Shown in pieces: positions 1 through 8,278 of a DNA stretch of 36,507 nt. The stretch covers positions 941,569 through 978,075 of the forward strand of contig CP070826.1 of NCBI GenBank assembly GCA_020344435.1, in the 5' to 3' direction. How positions within the stretch are numbered: position 1 is the stretch's first letter; the number at the start of each line of letters is the position of its first letter. The DNA is from Candidatus Bathyarchaeota archaeon. GTDB lineage: Archaea > Thermoproteota > Bathyarchaeia > Bathyarchaeales > Bathyarchaeaceae. The notes under the pieces are model-generated. The model ran no database searches and had not been told where the DNA came from. It worked only from the letters and a program-made list of their open reading frames with translations. The position numbers were made by a program, and so were the translations under genes.

Positions 1-69
1 GGCCTCATTGAATTTGCAGATGTTTCCAGTGACGAAGAACGCTACTCTACCCGCTGGAAAAGATTTCAT
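1..69 (-). CDS. Partial CDS (N-terminus only), probable Ham1/RdgB-type non-canonical purine NTP pyrophosphatase
   Basis: Minus-strand ATG at 69..67, 3 nt after the bud32 stop, and open to the window edge. The visible peptide is MKSFPAGRVAFFVTGNICKFNEA, which fits the F-x-TGN-x-x-K-x-x-E start typical of Ham1/RdgB proteins. Only 23 codons are visible. Confidence 0.4.
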   Translation of the reverse strand, partial: MKSFPAGRVAFFVTGNICKFNEA

Positions 70-72
70 GTT

Positions 73-711
73 TCACCCTTCTTCCCTGGAGACGTAACGC
101 CCCCTTTCCTCTATCTCCCTGATCCTCTTCAAAAGATCTTCAGCCAGTCTCTCTCCCATAACATCAGCGTAGCCCTCCATAACTGTCTCAAAGCCCTCCC
201 TGGCATACTTGTAATGCGTGCTTTGAAAGGCTCTCTTCATGAGATGCAGATCAACTCCTCTAGCCTCCAATTCGGTAGAGAACTCGCCTAGTCCAAAATC
301 AACAAACACGATTTTTCCATGTGGGGTCAGAATCATATTGGACGTTGTGAGGTCTCCGTGGATGATGCCGTGGCTATGTAGATTCCCGATCAACACGCCA
401 ATATGATTGCATAGCTTCCGTCTTTCCTCGGTCGTGAGGGTATGTAGAATCTGCTTCACTTGATCTCCTTCGATGAATTCCATTACGATATTGGCCCCTT
501 CAGCGTCAACCAAGAAGATTGTTGGACTGGGAACCCCTGCCTCTTTGGATTGATGCATAAGCTGAGGTTCATGCACTGTTCGATAGGATCGGATGCGCTC
601 GTCCAACTGTGGAAGGCGATATCTCTTTGGCAGTCTTCTTTTCATGACGACTTTGTGACCGTGCCACTGCTCTAGAAACAGACTAGCTTCAGCTCCTTTC
701 TTCAGTAGCAC
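73..711 (-). CDS. bud32: Bud32/PRPK-type small atypical protein kinase (KEOPS subunit)
   Basis: 212-aa ORF with a GTG start and a GGTGAGG-like SD overlapping the kae1 stop. Kinase signatures seen: VVMKRR (Lys), IIHGDLTTSNMIL (catalytic loop) and FVDFGL. It lies 9 nt downstream of kae1, the usual archaeal arrangement. Confidence 0.9.
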   Translation of the reverse strand: MLLKKGAEASLFLEQWHGHKVVMKRRLPKRYRLPQLDERIRSYRTVHEPQLMHQSKEAGVPSPTIFLVDAEGANIVMEFIEGDQVKQILHTLTTEERRKLCNHIGVLIGNLHSHGIIHGDLTTSNMILTPHGKIVFVDFGLGEFSTELEARGVDLHLMKRAFQSTHYKYAREGFETVMEGYADVMGERLAEDLLKRIREIEERGRYVSREEG

Positions 712-720
712 AATAGATCC

Positions 721-1725
721 TCACCTCTCCATCCATGGTACATCCACCTCGTCCAACCTCCACTTCAACTTGACAAAGCTCTTCTCGATGGGTACTTTTA
801 GACCGTGTTGGCGGGCTAGTATCCCGGTCCAGGCGATCATGGTTCCATTATCCATGGCAAGCTGCTTCGGAACCACGCAAAACTGAGCTTCGTGCTCCTT
901 TGCAATCATTTCTAGCATGACTTGCAGCCGTTTATTGGCAGCAACTCCGCCCGTTAACAAGACCTCCTTCTTTTCCGTGTGTGCCAATGCCCGTTCGGTC
1001 ACCTCGGTCAGCATGGAAAAGATTCCCTCCTGAAGGCTATGACACAAGTCCTCTAGTCTGTACTTCCCCTTGCGAAGCAATTCTATTGCCGCTGTGAGCA
1101 GACCGCTGAATGAGAGGTCCATACCCTTCACCGTGTACGGAAGAGGAATAAAGACCCCTCCACGAGTCGCCAACTCTTCAACCATAGCGGCGACAGGCAC
1201 CCCTTCCTGTGGACGCAACCCTGCTTCCCTAGCGAAAACGTCGATGCAGTTACCGATAGCGATATCTAATGTCTCTCCGAAAATACGGTAGCGTCCAGTA
1301 CCAAAAGCCGCAACGATCGTATTTCCCCCAGAAACAAACAGCGTGACCGGATCCTCGGCGTCCGTAGCAAATCTTCCAATCTCGATATGGGCAATGAGGT
1401 GATTAACACCCACGAGAGGAACATTCAAATAGGAGGCAAGCGCTCGAGCCGCAGTTGCGCCGGTGCGAAGACAAGGTCCCATACCTGGCCCTTGCGAGAA
1501 AGCCACGGTCTCAACATCTTTGGGCTCTATGTGGGCTTTCCGAAAGGCTTCTCTCAAGACTTTCCCAACAACTCTAGTGTGATGTTGAGCCGCTTCTCTT
1601 GGATGAATCCCGCCGCTCTCTGATACATATGTACTGGTTACGTTGGCCAATGCTTCTCCTTCAAAGGTGACTATTCCCACGCTGAAATCATCGGCCGTAG
1701 ACTCTATACCTAGACAATGAGGCAT
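721..1725 (-). CDS. kae1: Kae1, tRNA N6-adenosine threonylcarbamoyltransferase (KEOPS catalytic subunit)
   Basis: ORF 721..1740 carries LGIESTADDFSVGIV, GVNHLIAHIEIG and LLTGGVAANKRL, which are Kae1/TsaD ASKHA-fold signatures. I placed the start at the second ATG (1725). The TATA-like TTTATTAAA (1756-1764, minus) would put the TSS between the two ATGs. A start at 1740 remains possible. Confidence 0.93.
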   Translation of the reverse strand: MPHCLGIESTADDFSVGIVTFEGEALANVTSTYVSESGGIHPREAAQHHTRVVGKVLREAFRKAHIEPKDVETVAFSQGPGMGPCLRTGATAARALASYLNVPLVGVNHLIAHIEIGRFATDAEDPVTLFVSGGNTIVAAFGTGRYRIFGETLDIAIGNCIDVFAREAGLRPQEGVPVAAMVEELATRGGVFIPLPYTVKGMDLSFSGLLTAAIELLRKGKYRLEDLCHSLQEGIFSMLTEVTERALAHTEKKEVLLTGGVAANKRLQVMLEMIAKEHEAQFCVVPKQLAMDNGTMIAWTGILARQHGLKVPIEKSFVKLKWRLDEVDVPWMER

Positions 1726-1755
1726 TGCTGAACGATGCATCTAGATGGTTTCTTC

Positions 1756-1764
1756 TTTAATAAA
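1756..1764 (-). promoter_or_regulatory. TATA-like box for kae1-bud32
   Basis: Reads TTTATTAAA on the minus strand, about 30-35 nt upstream of the 1725 ATG, in the divergent intergenic region. Confidence 0.35.
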
Positions 1765-1914
1765 GGGTTACCATAGCCACTCTGGACATTTCCACGCGCA
1801 AATCGACTCGCCTAGGCGGACAATTTGCGAGATTCCTTAGTATCCAAGTTTGACACACAAGTTTTTATGTTCTGGAGTGCCTACTTATTATTGAGTCTTC
1901 AAGGGAAAGCAGAT

Positions 1915-2292
1915 ATGCCAAGACACAACGATCTTGAACACAAGGCACTACAGCTGATCGCAAGCCAATCGGAACAAGGAGTACTCCAATGTGAGATGTG
2001 GAGGGAACTCGGGGCCACCAGCAGAGAAGGCTCTCGAATAGCAATAAAACTCGATAAGAAAGGCTTCGTTCGGCGAGAGCGCGAGCTTCACAATGAGAGG
2101 TGGACGTATCGACTTTACCCGACGAGGCAGCCAGTATCCATAAACTCCATAATCGATTGTCCATGCCTTATGTGCTCGGATGCCTTTCGATGTGGCGCCT
2201 GGAGCATGATATCTCCCAACAAATGTGAAAGATTAACCGAGTGGATCTTAGGTCTCGCACATAAGGAGATGAATCCTTCGGGTGAAGGATAG
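1915..2292 (+). CDS. Winged-helix protein with C-terminal Cys cluster, candidate TFE-beta (RPC34/RPC39-like)
   Basis: I used the ATG at 1915; the ORF track begins at an upstream TTG (1825). The N-terminal part looks like a winged helix (LQLIASQSEQGVLQCEMWRELG...IAIKLDKKGFVRRE). The C-terminus reads DCPCLMCSDAFRCGAWSMISPNKCERLTEWIL. That fits the PC-x2-C...C...ISP-x2-C...EWL pattern I recall for the 4Fe-4S domain of RPC34/TFE-beta. Confidence 0.55.
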   Translation: MPRHNDLEHKALQLIASQSEQGVLQCEMWRELGATSREGSRIAIKLDKKGFVRRERELHNERWTYRLYPTRQPVSINSIIDCPCLMCSDAFRCGAWSMISPNKCERLTEWILGLAHKEMNPSGEG

Positions 2293-2294
2293 TT

Positions 2295-2900
2295 TTGCCC
2301 AAGGATTGGATCAAGAAACGAAAGAGAGAGCACTATTATCGAAAGGCGAAGAAGGCGAAATACCGGTCACGGGCTGCATACAAACTTCTTCAGGCTGTGA
2401 AAAGATATAGATTCATGAAGCCTGGTGACGTAGTGGTTGACTTGGGTGCAGCTCCAGGTGGGTGGACCCAGGCATCTCGAAAGATTGTAGGCAGCAAAGG
2501 GTTCGTACTTGGAGTCGATCTCAAACAGGTCGAACCCTTTAACTCATCAAACGTCAAAACACTCATCGGCGACATTAGGAAGCCAGAGGTCGCTCAGCAG
2601 ATTAGGGGCTTCCTACCTTGCCTTGCAAATGTTGTGATCTCTGATGTCGCGCAGAATGTTTCTGGAGTCTGGGAGCTTGATCACTCCCGTCAAATCGATC
2701 TTGCTACGCATTCCCTGCGAATAGCAACTCTTGTTCTCAGACCCAAAGGAAGCTTCTTTGTCAAAACCTTTCATGGCGGCATGCTCGACGACTTCATGAA
2801 ACTGGTCAGGCAACACTTCGCCCATACTAAACGAGTTAAACCGAAAGCCAGCAGAGCAAAGAGTTCAGAATCATATGTTCTCGGAACGAAGTTTGAATAG
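2295..2900 (+). CDS. rlmE: 23S rRNA (uridine-2'-O)-methyltransferase RlmE/FtsJ
   Basis: 201-aa ORF with RSRAAYKLLQ, the SAM motif VVDLGAAPGGWTQ, and DV.SD...G and FVKTFHG motifs. TTG start at 2295 with GGTGAAGG 6 nt upstream; there is no in-frame ATG near the N-terminus. Confidence 0.9.
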   Translation: MPKDWIKKRKREHYYRKAKKAKYRSRAAYKLLQAVKRYRFMKPGDVVVDLGAAPGGWTQASRKIVGSKGFVLGVDLKQVEPFNSSNVKTLIGDIRKPEVAQQIRGFLPCLANVVISDVAQNVSGVWELDHSRQIDLATHSLRIATLVLRPKGSFFVKTFHGGMLDDFMKLVRQHFAHTKRVKPKASRAKSSESYVLGTKFE

Positions 2901-3075
2901 TATGCTACTCGTGTATTTCACAAAAGGATATTGAGAAAACTAGTTCAATCTTGCGTGATGGTGCGTCAGAGTTGCTCCGATTCAAGCCGCTATCAATGAT
3001 GCAATGACCAAAACTCCATGCTGAAACTATGAAGGCAACTACCTAATTGGTTAATCCTATCATATTTCCCTTTGT

Positions 3076-3084
3076 ATTTATATT
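3076..3084 (+). promoter_or_regulatory. TATA-like box upstream of the 3150 gene
   Basis: ATTTATATT lies about 65-85 nt upstream of the candidate starts at 3150, 3162 and 3171. Confidence 0.3.
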
Positions 3085-3149
3085 GTGATTCAACCATTTT
3101 AGAAACGGGCTTTTAGTAGCGACAACTAGATCTTGCTGAGAAGGCGAAG

Positions 3150-3857
3150 TTGGGTGAAGATGTGTTGAGGGTGGTTGCGGCAGATTCTGGCGCTGCCATC
3201 TTGGATTTTAGCTTTAGACCATTGCTTGTTGTTGCTGCAGCAGCGATTCTTGTGGATTCTCCATATAGAAAAGCCAGCTTTTGTCGGGCTGAGCCTATTT
3301 TTACTAATGTAGAGGAAGGACCTCTTTTGGTAATTCATGAGCTTGAGCTGTGTGCGAGCCTTTTGAAAGATGTGAAGGCAGATATCGTTCATCTTGACAT
3401 GTCTTTGGGCGGTTTGAGCTTGGAGGCTCTTTCTGCTATTCAGCTCTCTAGCATGAGAATCTCTGGCAGGGCTCGTAGACATGTTTTGAGGATTCTTCCC
3501 AAAATAAAGAAGATTGCCTCCGACATTGGGCGCATTCATGACATCGAGGTTCTGGCAATGGGAAAGGATAGCATTCCAGTTCGAATCGCTGAACTAACCT
3601 CTGGCGCCTATGCCGTTCTATATACTGCGGAAAGGGCTGTTAAGGAAAGTAGGAAGCTGAGATTGGGTCTGCCTGCGAAGTGTCATTTGAGTACATTTGG
3701 CGGTGGTGTTGAGTTGCACTCCTTGGAGCCTGCGGAACATGACATTGTAGGTCGTGCCATAGATGAAAAAGAGATTGTGAAGAATGTTGCTCTTTCTGAG
3801 ATATTGAATCCACGGGCCCGAGGCTTTAGAGTTCTGGAGATCACTCCAATAGTCTGA
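3150..3857 (+). CDS. Conserved-looking hypothetical protein (about 230 aa), family not assigned
   Basis: Long ORF with protein-like composition and no competing frame. Start is uncertain: TTG 3150, GTG 3162 or GTG 3171. Motifs VVAADSGAAILDF and IVHLDMSLGG are reminiscent of acidic-residue motifs in RNase H-like/NurA-like folds. This is inference only; it may be an archaeal DUF. Confidence 0.7.
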   Translation: MGEDVLRVVAADSGAAILDFSFRPLLVVAAAAILVDSPYRKASFCRAEPIFTNVEEGPLLVIHELELCASLLKDVKADIVHLDMSLGGLSLEALSAIQLSSMRISGRARRHVLRILPKIKKIASDIGRIHDIEVLAMGKDSIPVRIAELTSGAYAVLYTAERAVKESRKLRLGLPAKCHLSTFGGGVELHSLEPAEHDIVGRAIDEKEIVKNVALSEILNPRARGFRVLEITPIV

Positions 3858-3979
3858 CCCGTGCCCGGTTCTTCTGTTTGGAGCGCTCTGTCTGCGTGTG
3901 CACATCCTGCATTTGATTCACGCGGATAACGACTTGCATACAATGTCAAGTGCTTTCTCTGAGCTATTCTGCTGTGAGT

Positions 3980-4855
3980 TTACTCTTCCATCACCTTTAT
4001 GATGTCAAGGCTCATGTCCAACGCTTTCGTACTAGCAGTTATCTCTCCAAGGCTTAGGATGTCTACCTCGGTAGCGGCGAATTCTACAACGTTAAACTCG
4101 TTTATTCCACCGCTTACTTCGACGAAGACCTTGTCTCGGAGTCCCTTCTCTATGAGTAATGATATCGTGTTCCTGATCTTTTTAGGGGAGAAGTTGTCGA
4201 GCATAATGATGTTAGCGCCTGCTTCTACAGCGTCTAGGGCCTCCTTCTCTGAAGAGACCTCTATTTCAATCTTCTTTGAAAATGAAGCCACTTTTCCAGC
4301 TCTCTTCACAGCCTCACTAACATCTCCAATGATTGCCAGGTGGTTGTCTTTTATGAGTATAAGATCATCCATGTGGAGACGGTGGGTGTCGCCTCCACCC
4401 AACATCACGGCCTTCTTATCGAAGTATAATAGTCCCGGAGCCACCTTTCGAGTACAGGCTATTATAGTCTTATAGCCAGCATCCCGAACCTTCTTGATAA
4501 CTCGTCTGGTTTTTGTGGCTATGCCACTCATTCTAGTGACGAGGTTGAGGATCGTTCTCTCTGTTGAGAGCAGGGTTCTAGCATCTCCAACGATTCTCAT
4601 AGCGATCGTGCCTTTTTCAACCTTAGATCCATTTGATGCGCGGATATCTACTTTGAAGCCGAGGTCCCGCAAAAATGTTGAAACCTCTTCTATCCCCGCC
4701 ACTATACCTTCCTCCTCTGCAACGACTTCTGCCTCAACAATTATCCCGTGAGGGATCGTGAGAAGTGTAGTCACGTCTCCTTGCCCAATGTCTTCTTCTA
4801 GAAACCCTTGGATCTTCTCCTCCAATATTCCTCCTGGAAGAAACATCATGAACAT
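3980..4855 (-). CDS. nadC: Nicotinate-nucleotide pyrophosphorylase (quinolinate phosphoribosyltransferase)
   Basis: 291-aa ORF with EEDIGQGDVTT, ERTILN, TRKVAPGL, GGGDTHRL, IMLDNF and VSGGI, which are typical NadC motifs. Confidence 0.93.
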   Translation of the reverse strand: MFMMFLPGGILEEKIQGFLEEDIGQGDVTTLLTIPHGIIVEAEVVAEEEGIVAGIEEVSTFLRDLGFKVDIRASNGSKVEKGTIAMRIVGDARTLLSTERTILNLVTRMSGIATKTRRVIKKVRDAGYKTIIACTRKVAPGLLYFDKKAVMLGGGDTHRLHMDDLILIKDNHLAIIGDVSEAVKRAGKVASFSKKIEIEVSSEKEALDAVEAGANIIMLDNFSPKKIRNTISLLIEKGLRDKVFVEVSGGINEFNVVEFAATEVDILSLGEITASTKALDMSLDIIKVMEE

Positions 4856-6033
4856 CCGGCTTCTGTTGCTTCTATTATTGATTGGATCGCGGTTTCAACT
4901 CCGTTGAATTCTGAAATCTCTCTTTGAATCTGCTCTGCTCTCTCTCGAAATCTTGGTTCTCCTAGTATTCTTTGTATGGCTTTAAGAAGTGCTTCTTTGT
5001 TCAGATTCCTTTGCTCGATCATCTCAGCGATTCCCAATTGGACTGCCCTTCTAGCGTTGTTGAGTTGTTCTGTGTGGCTTGGTGTTGGCACGAGGATCAA
5101 AGGCTTGCCGTAGCTGATTGATTGGGTTAGTGTTCCGTGTCCGGCCCTAGCGATCACCAAATCACAAGCTTTCAAATGCTCGAATCGATTGGGAATCCAT
5201 TTGTAGATGGTTAGGTTTCCACTATGAACTGGTTCGGGGGACGCGTTAGGGTAGCCAAGCGACATGACTATTTGATAGTCGTCTGGAAGGTCCTTGAAGA
5301 TCTGTCGAAGAATGCCTGTGAAGTATGCTCGCTCTTTAGGCGGTCCACTAATTGGTGCGAAGATCAGAGGTTTTCCCCCATTCAGGCCGAGTTCTCTCTC
5401 TATCTTTTCTCGGCTGGGTAACTCATCATAGCGGATAGGTAGTATGGGGCCTATTAGCTCCACACTTTTCTGATATGAGTTCGGAATCCGCAGATTCTGG
5501 ACAGAGATTGTGTAGGGTAGCGGAAAGTCGGGAATTAGTAATTTCATCGCGGTGGTCCATATTTTTCCTATCATTGCCAAGGCGCCAGCGTCTACGAGCT
5601 TGGCGAGTCTCAGAAGTCGCTTTTTTCTGGGGATGATTATCTGGAATTGGTTGAGGATACAGATGTCGGGTATCCCAAGTAATCCTGCGGCTATTATGGG
5701 AGATATTCTCGAGTCGGATACAATCACGTCTGGTTTGAATGACTTCATGATTCCTATTTCCGCCTCAACCTGTTTCAGGAGCGTAAACGAGGCGAAGAAA
5801 GGTCCTATGCTAATTAGCGACCGTTTGAAGTCAACTGTTCCGTCTGGCTTGACCAGAAACTCGATTTCTGGGGTCTCTACAACGGGAAGATTCTCATGCT
5901 CCAGATACTGTATTCCGTCCTTGTACGTGGAGAACAAAACCTTGGCGCCGCTCTTCTCCAATCTCCGGGCTACAGGGATACAACGGCCAACGTGGCCTAA
6001 GCCAATCCCACAAGGCGAAAACTGAACCCGCAT
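4846..6033 (-). CDS. MurG-like / GT1-GT28 superfamily glycosyltransferase
   Basis: N-terminal CGIGLGHVGRC (G-x-GH-x-x-R) and C-terminal ARAGHGTLTQSISYGKPLILVP nucleotide-sugar binding motif. I placed the start at ATG 6033 (MRVQFSP...). The upstream ATG at 6090 would add 19 atypical residues. The stop overlaps the nadC start by 10 nt. Confidence 0.8.
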   Translation of the reverse strand: MRVQFSPCGIGLGHVGRCIPVARRLEKSGAKVLFSTYKDGIQYLEHENLPVVETPEIEFLVKPDGTVDFKRSLISIGPFFASFTLLKQVEAEIGIMKSFKPDVIVSDSRISPIIAAGLLGIPDICILNQFQIIIPRKKRLLRLAKLVDAGALAMIGKIWTTAMKLLIPDFPLPYTISVQNLRIPNSYQKSVELIGPILPIRYDELPSREKIERELGLNGGKPLIFAPISGPPKERAYFTGILRQIFKDLPDDYQIVMSLGYPNASPEPVHSGNLTIYKWIPNRFEHLKACDLVIARAGHGTLTQSISYGKPLILVPTPSHTEQLNNARRAVQLGIAEMIEQRNLNKEALLKAIQRILGEPRFRERAEQIQREISEFNGVETAIQSIIEATEAGCS

Positions 6034-6750
6034 AGAGCATTCCCTACCCAAGTTCCCTAGACTGTATCTCACCCGTCGAAGAAACTTCATTAAAGACTAC
6101 GTTTTGGAACGTGCACGAATACGAAGAGAAGTCTGAATGATACTGGATGAAGTTGCTATTTGGTGAGGATGGGGCGCCGACAGCTAAGCAATGGTAGGTG
6201 GACACAGGGCGAAAGCTCTGTGAGTGGCTTTGTAGGATTCCAGATAAGCTGATTGAGGCGCACAAGGAAGAGTCGAAGAGCGATGATTTCAGGGTTCGCC
6301 ACCATGCTCAAATGTCTGTCAAGATGTTTCTTAAATACTTGACTGCGAGGGGCTTGGCTCCCAACGCAAAAGGTGCGATCTCACCGCGATAAGAAACTCC
6401 AACAAACGCAACCGTACATGCCAACAACACTCTCTTGATCAATCTAGGGTGCGTTCCCCCCTATTCATGCTATTGCCGTTGTTCCATAAATTCTGGAAGA
6501 CAGAGGCTCATTACGAATCAGTATCCTCCCTTCACAATTCTCTTTAGGCTAACGAATCAACTGACAGAGGGTGGCATGTTGCATTGAATGAGAGACTTCT
6601 CGAAGAGATCAGAGATGAACTTCGCAAATCAACTTCGATTCTGGACAAGATGTTGAGAGAGCTTGAAGCCTATGTGGAGTTCAGGAAAAGACAGCGTAAA
6701 TGAGTATCCCACATGTATATGGGTTTCTGTTGAATGTACACGTGCAAAGA

Positions 6751-7374
6751 TTAATGAGGATCACGCGTGTTCTTCAGGGCAACCTTGCCTCCTGGCGTGG
6801 TCTCTTGTGCAATAACACAACCAAACTTGTGGATTCTCGTTCCTTTGGTCAGCCAACAGTCTGGTGGGAGACCGGCTTTTTGACAGGAGTGGCATAGGAA
6901 CTCCTCCACGTCCCAACCCCACTCGACTGGTACCTGAGGGAGGAGAAGACCTTTGTGATAACCCCTTTCCACAATCAAACCGTCTTGGCCTATCTCTATC
7001 TCTGAAGGGTAATCTTGGGGCTTCTCTACTCTTATGAGTTGAGGCGGAGTGAGAACGCTGATCTCAAATATAATCTGGTCCAGCTCTTCAATTGAGATGG
7101 GCAGAAAGCGAGGATCTTGTGTTGCTGAGTTGATTGCTGACTCTATCACGGCACGAGCTAAGGGGTCTGTTGGGTACGGAAATCCAATGCATCCTCTTAG
7201 CTCTCTCTTTCCATGTCTAAAGCTGTTTAGTGTGACAAATACTCCGCAACGCTCCATAAGCTCTTTGGGGAGATCTTCAGGGGGATCTATGATTCTGCCG
7301 CTTCTTAGGTATTCTTCCACGGCTCTTCTAGCGAGCTTCACGAGGAGATTTCCCTCTTCAGATGCTAGTTGCAA
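6751..7374 (-). CDS. AMMECR1 domain protein
   Basis: 207-aa ORF with LVKLARRAVEEYL, CGVFVTL, LRGCIGFP, DPRF and GLLLPQV, which are AMMECR1 hallmarks. TTG start with AGGAG about 10 nt upstream. Confidence 0.9.
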   Translation of the reverse strand: MQLASEEGNLLVKLARRAVEEYLRSGRIIDPPEDLPKELMERCGVFVTLNSFRHGKRELRGCIGFPYPTDPLARAVIESAINSATQDPRFLPISIEELDQIIFEISVLTPPQLIRVEKPQDYPSEIEIGQDGLIVERGYHKGLLLPQVPVEWGWDVEEFLCHSCQKAGLPPDCWLTKGTRIHKFGCVIAQETTPGGKVALKNTRDPH

Positions 7375-7545
7375 CGGTACAAGACTCCTGTGACTTCTGG
7401 TAGCACAGTACTGATTCCCACTCTAGAGGTCTGAATCCAGTTATTACTCTTGTTTATAAGGTTCTGTTACTTCAGAAAGGCTTGGATCAGTTATTCTGGA
7501 ACAACGCCACCGACTGTGAAAGATTTGAAGGAGGGTTCGCCGCTG

Positions 7546-8163
7546 TCAGAATCCAATCGTTTCTTCCTGAATCCCTTGATTGGTAATAATGAGGAAATCT
7601 GCTCCATCACCGCTCATGATGTCTCGTCTCACAGCGGATTTCATAGCTCTGACTATCAGTTCTTTCGCTTTCTCTGTAGTCATTCCGTCTTTGTATCGCT
7701 CCTCCAACACTCCGATGGCTATCTCTGCTCCTGAGCCTACGGCGGAGTATCTGTCTGGGATGACTGAACCTAGCACGTCTAATACGTAGAGGGATGCTCC
7801 ATCCTCATCCATTCCGCCCACGATTGTCTGGGTGATTAGCGGGGTTAGTCTGCGGCCAAAGAGCAGGTTTGACATAACCTTCGCCGTTGACTTCACGGGC
7901 ATAGGTCTTCCAGCATCAAGATTGAACAGGTTCGCGTAGGCTTCCACTTCCCTGACTAGAATCTGCATGTCAGAGACCAACCCCGCACAGGCTGCGCCTA
8001 TTCTGTCGGTAATCTTGAAGACTTTCTTTCCAACTCGGCTGATCACCATATAGCCATAGGAAACTCTCTTCTCTGAAGCCAGAATCACGCCGTCAGAGCA
8101 GACTGCGCCGATGGTAGTTGCGCCAGGTATGAAGAAGGGTTGGCGCTGTGAATCTTCGTACAT
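7546..8163 (-). CDS. psmB: Proteasome subunit beta
   Basis: 205-aa ORF. A short propeptide is followed by GATTIGAVCSDGVILASEKR, which contains the active-site Thr. Ntn-hydrolase beta-subunit pattern throughout. Confidence 0.93.
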   Translation of the reverse strand: MYEDSQRQPFFIPGATTIGAVCSDGVILASEKRVSYGYMVISRVGKKVFKITDRIGAACAGLVSDMQILVREVEAYANLFNLDAGRPMPVKSTAKVMSNLLFGRRLTPLITQTIVGGMDEDGASLYVLDVLGSVIPDRYSAVGSGAEIAIGVLEERYKDGMTTEKAKELIVRAMKSAVRRDIMSGDGADFLIITNQGIQEETIGF

Positions 8164-8278
8164 ATTTTCTTCCTCTCGGCTTGATGCAGTATTTTATTGA
8201 GTGACTATCAAGCTTGATGATAAAGTTTCTGGTGTTCACGTAGCCTTGTCCGAGTCATTGCCTAGAGAGTTGATGATT

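Noticed and set aside
2955-3024. C/D-box sRNA-like arrangement: GTGATGG … ATGATGC … CTGA in the rlmE downstream spacer.
   Set aside because: The spacing is wrong for archaeal C/D sRNAs: there is no D' box about 12 nt after box C, and 18 nt rather than about 12 lie between C' and D. The boxes are imperfect and there is no terminal stem. It could still be checked with snoscan or RNA-seq.
3999-4475. Long shadow or overlapping-frame ORFs inside real genes: 3999..4475, 5552..6025, 10247..10660, 12896..13378, 13655..13993, 15005..15358, 23061..23450, 30564..30929 and 34454..34900.
   Set aside because: Each is fully contained in a gene with strong family signatures, on the opposite strand or in another frame. 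Their compositions are skewed (Ser/Arg/Pro-rich), which is typical of shadow ORFs.
6198-6392. 64-aa ORF with a tyrosine-recombinase core-binding-like C-terminal helix.
   Set aside because: It is too short, with a single motif-level resemblance only. No catalytic RHRY-region fragments appear in any downstream frame. I mention it only as a possible remnant in the finding on the 6.0-6.75 kb gap.
8215-8276. Two TGATGA boxes in the psmB-membrane protein spacer, considered as C/C' boxes.
   Set aside because: No CTGA D or D' boxes follow either box, and the 56-nt spacing is incompatible with a C/D sRNA.
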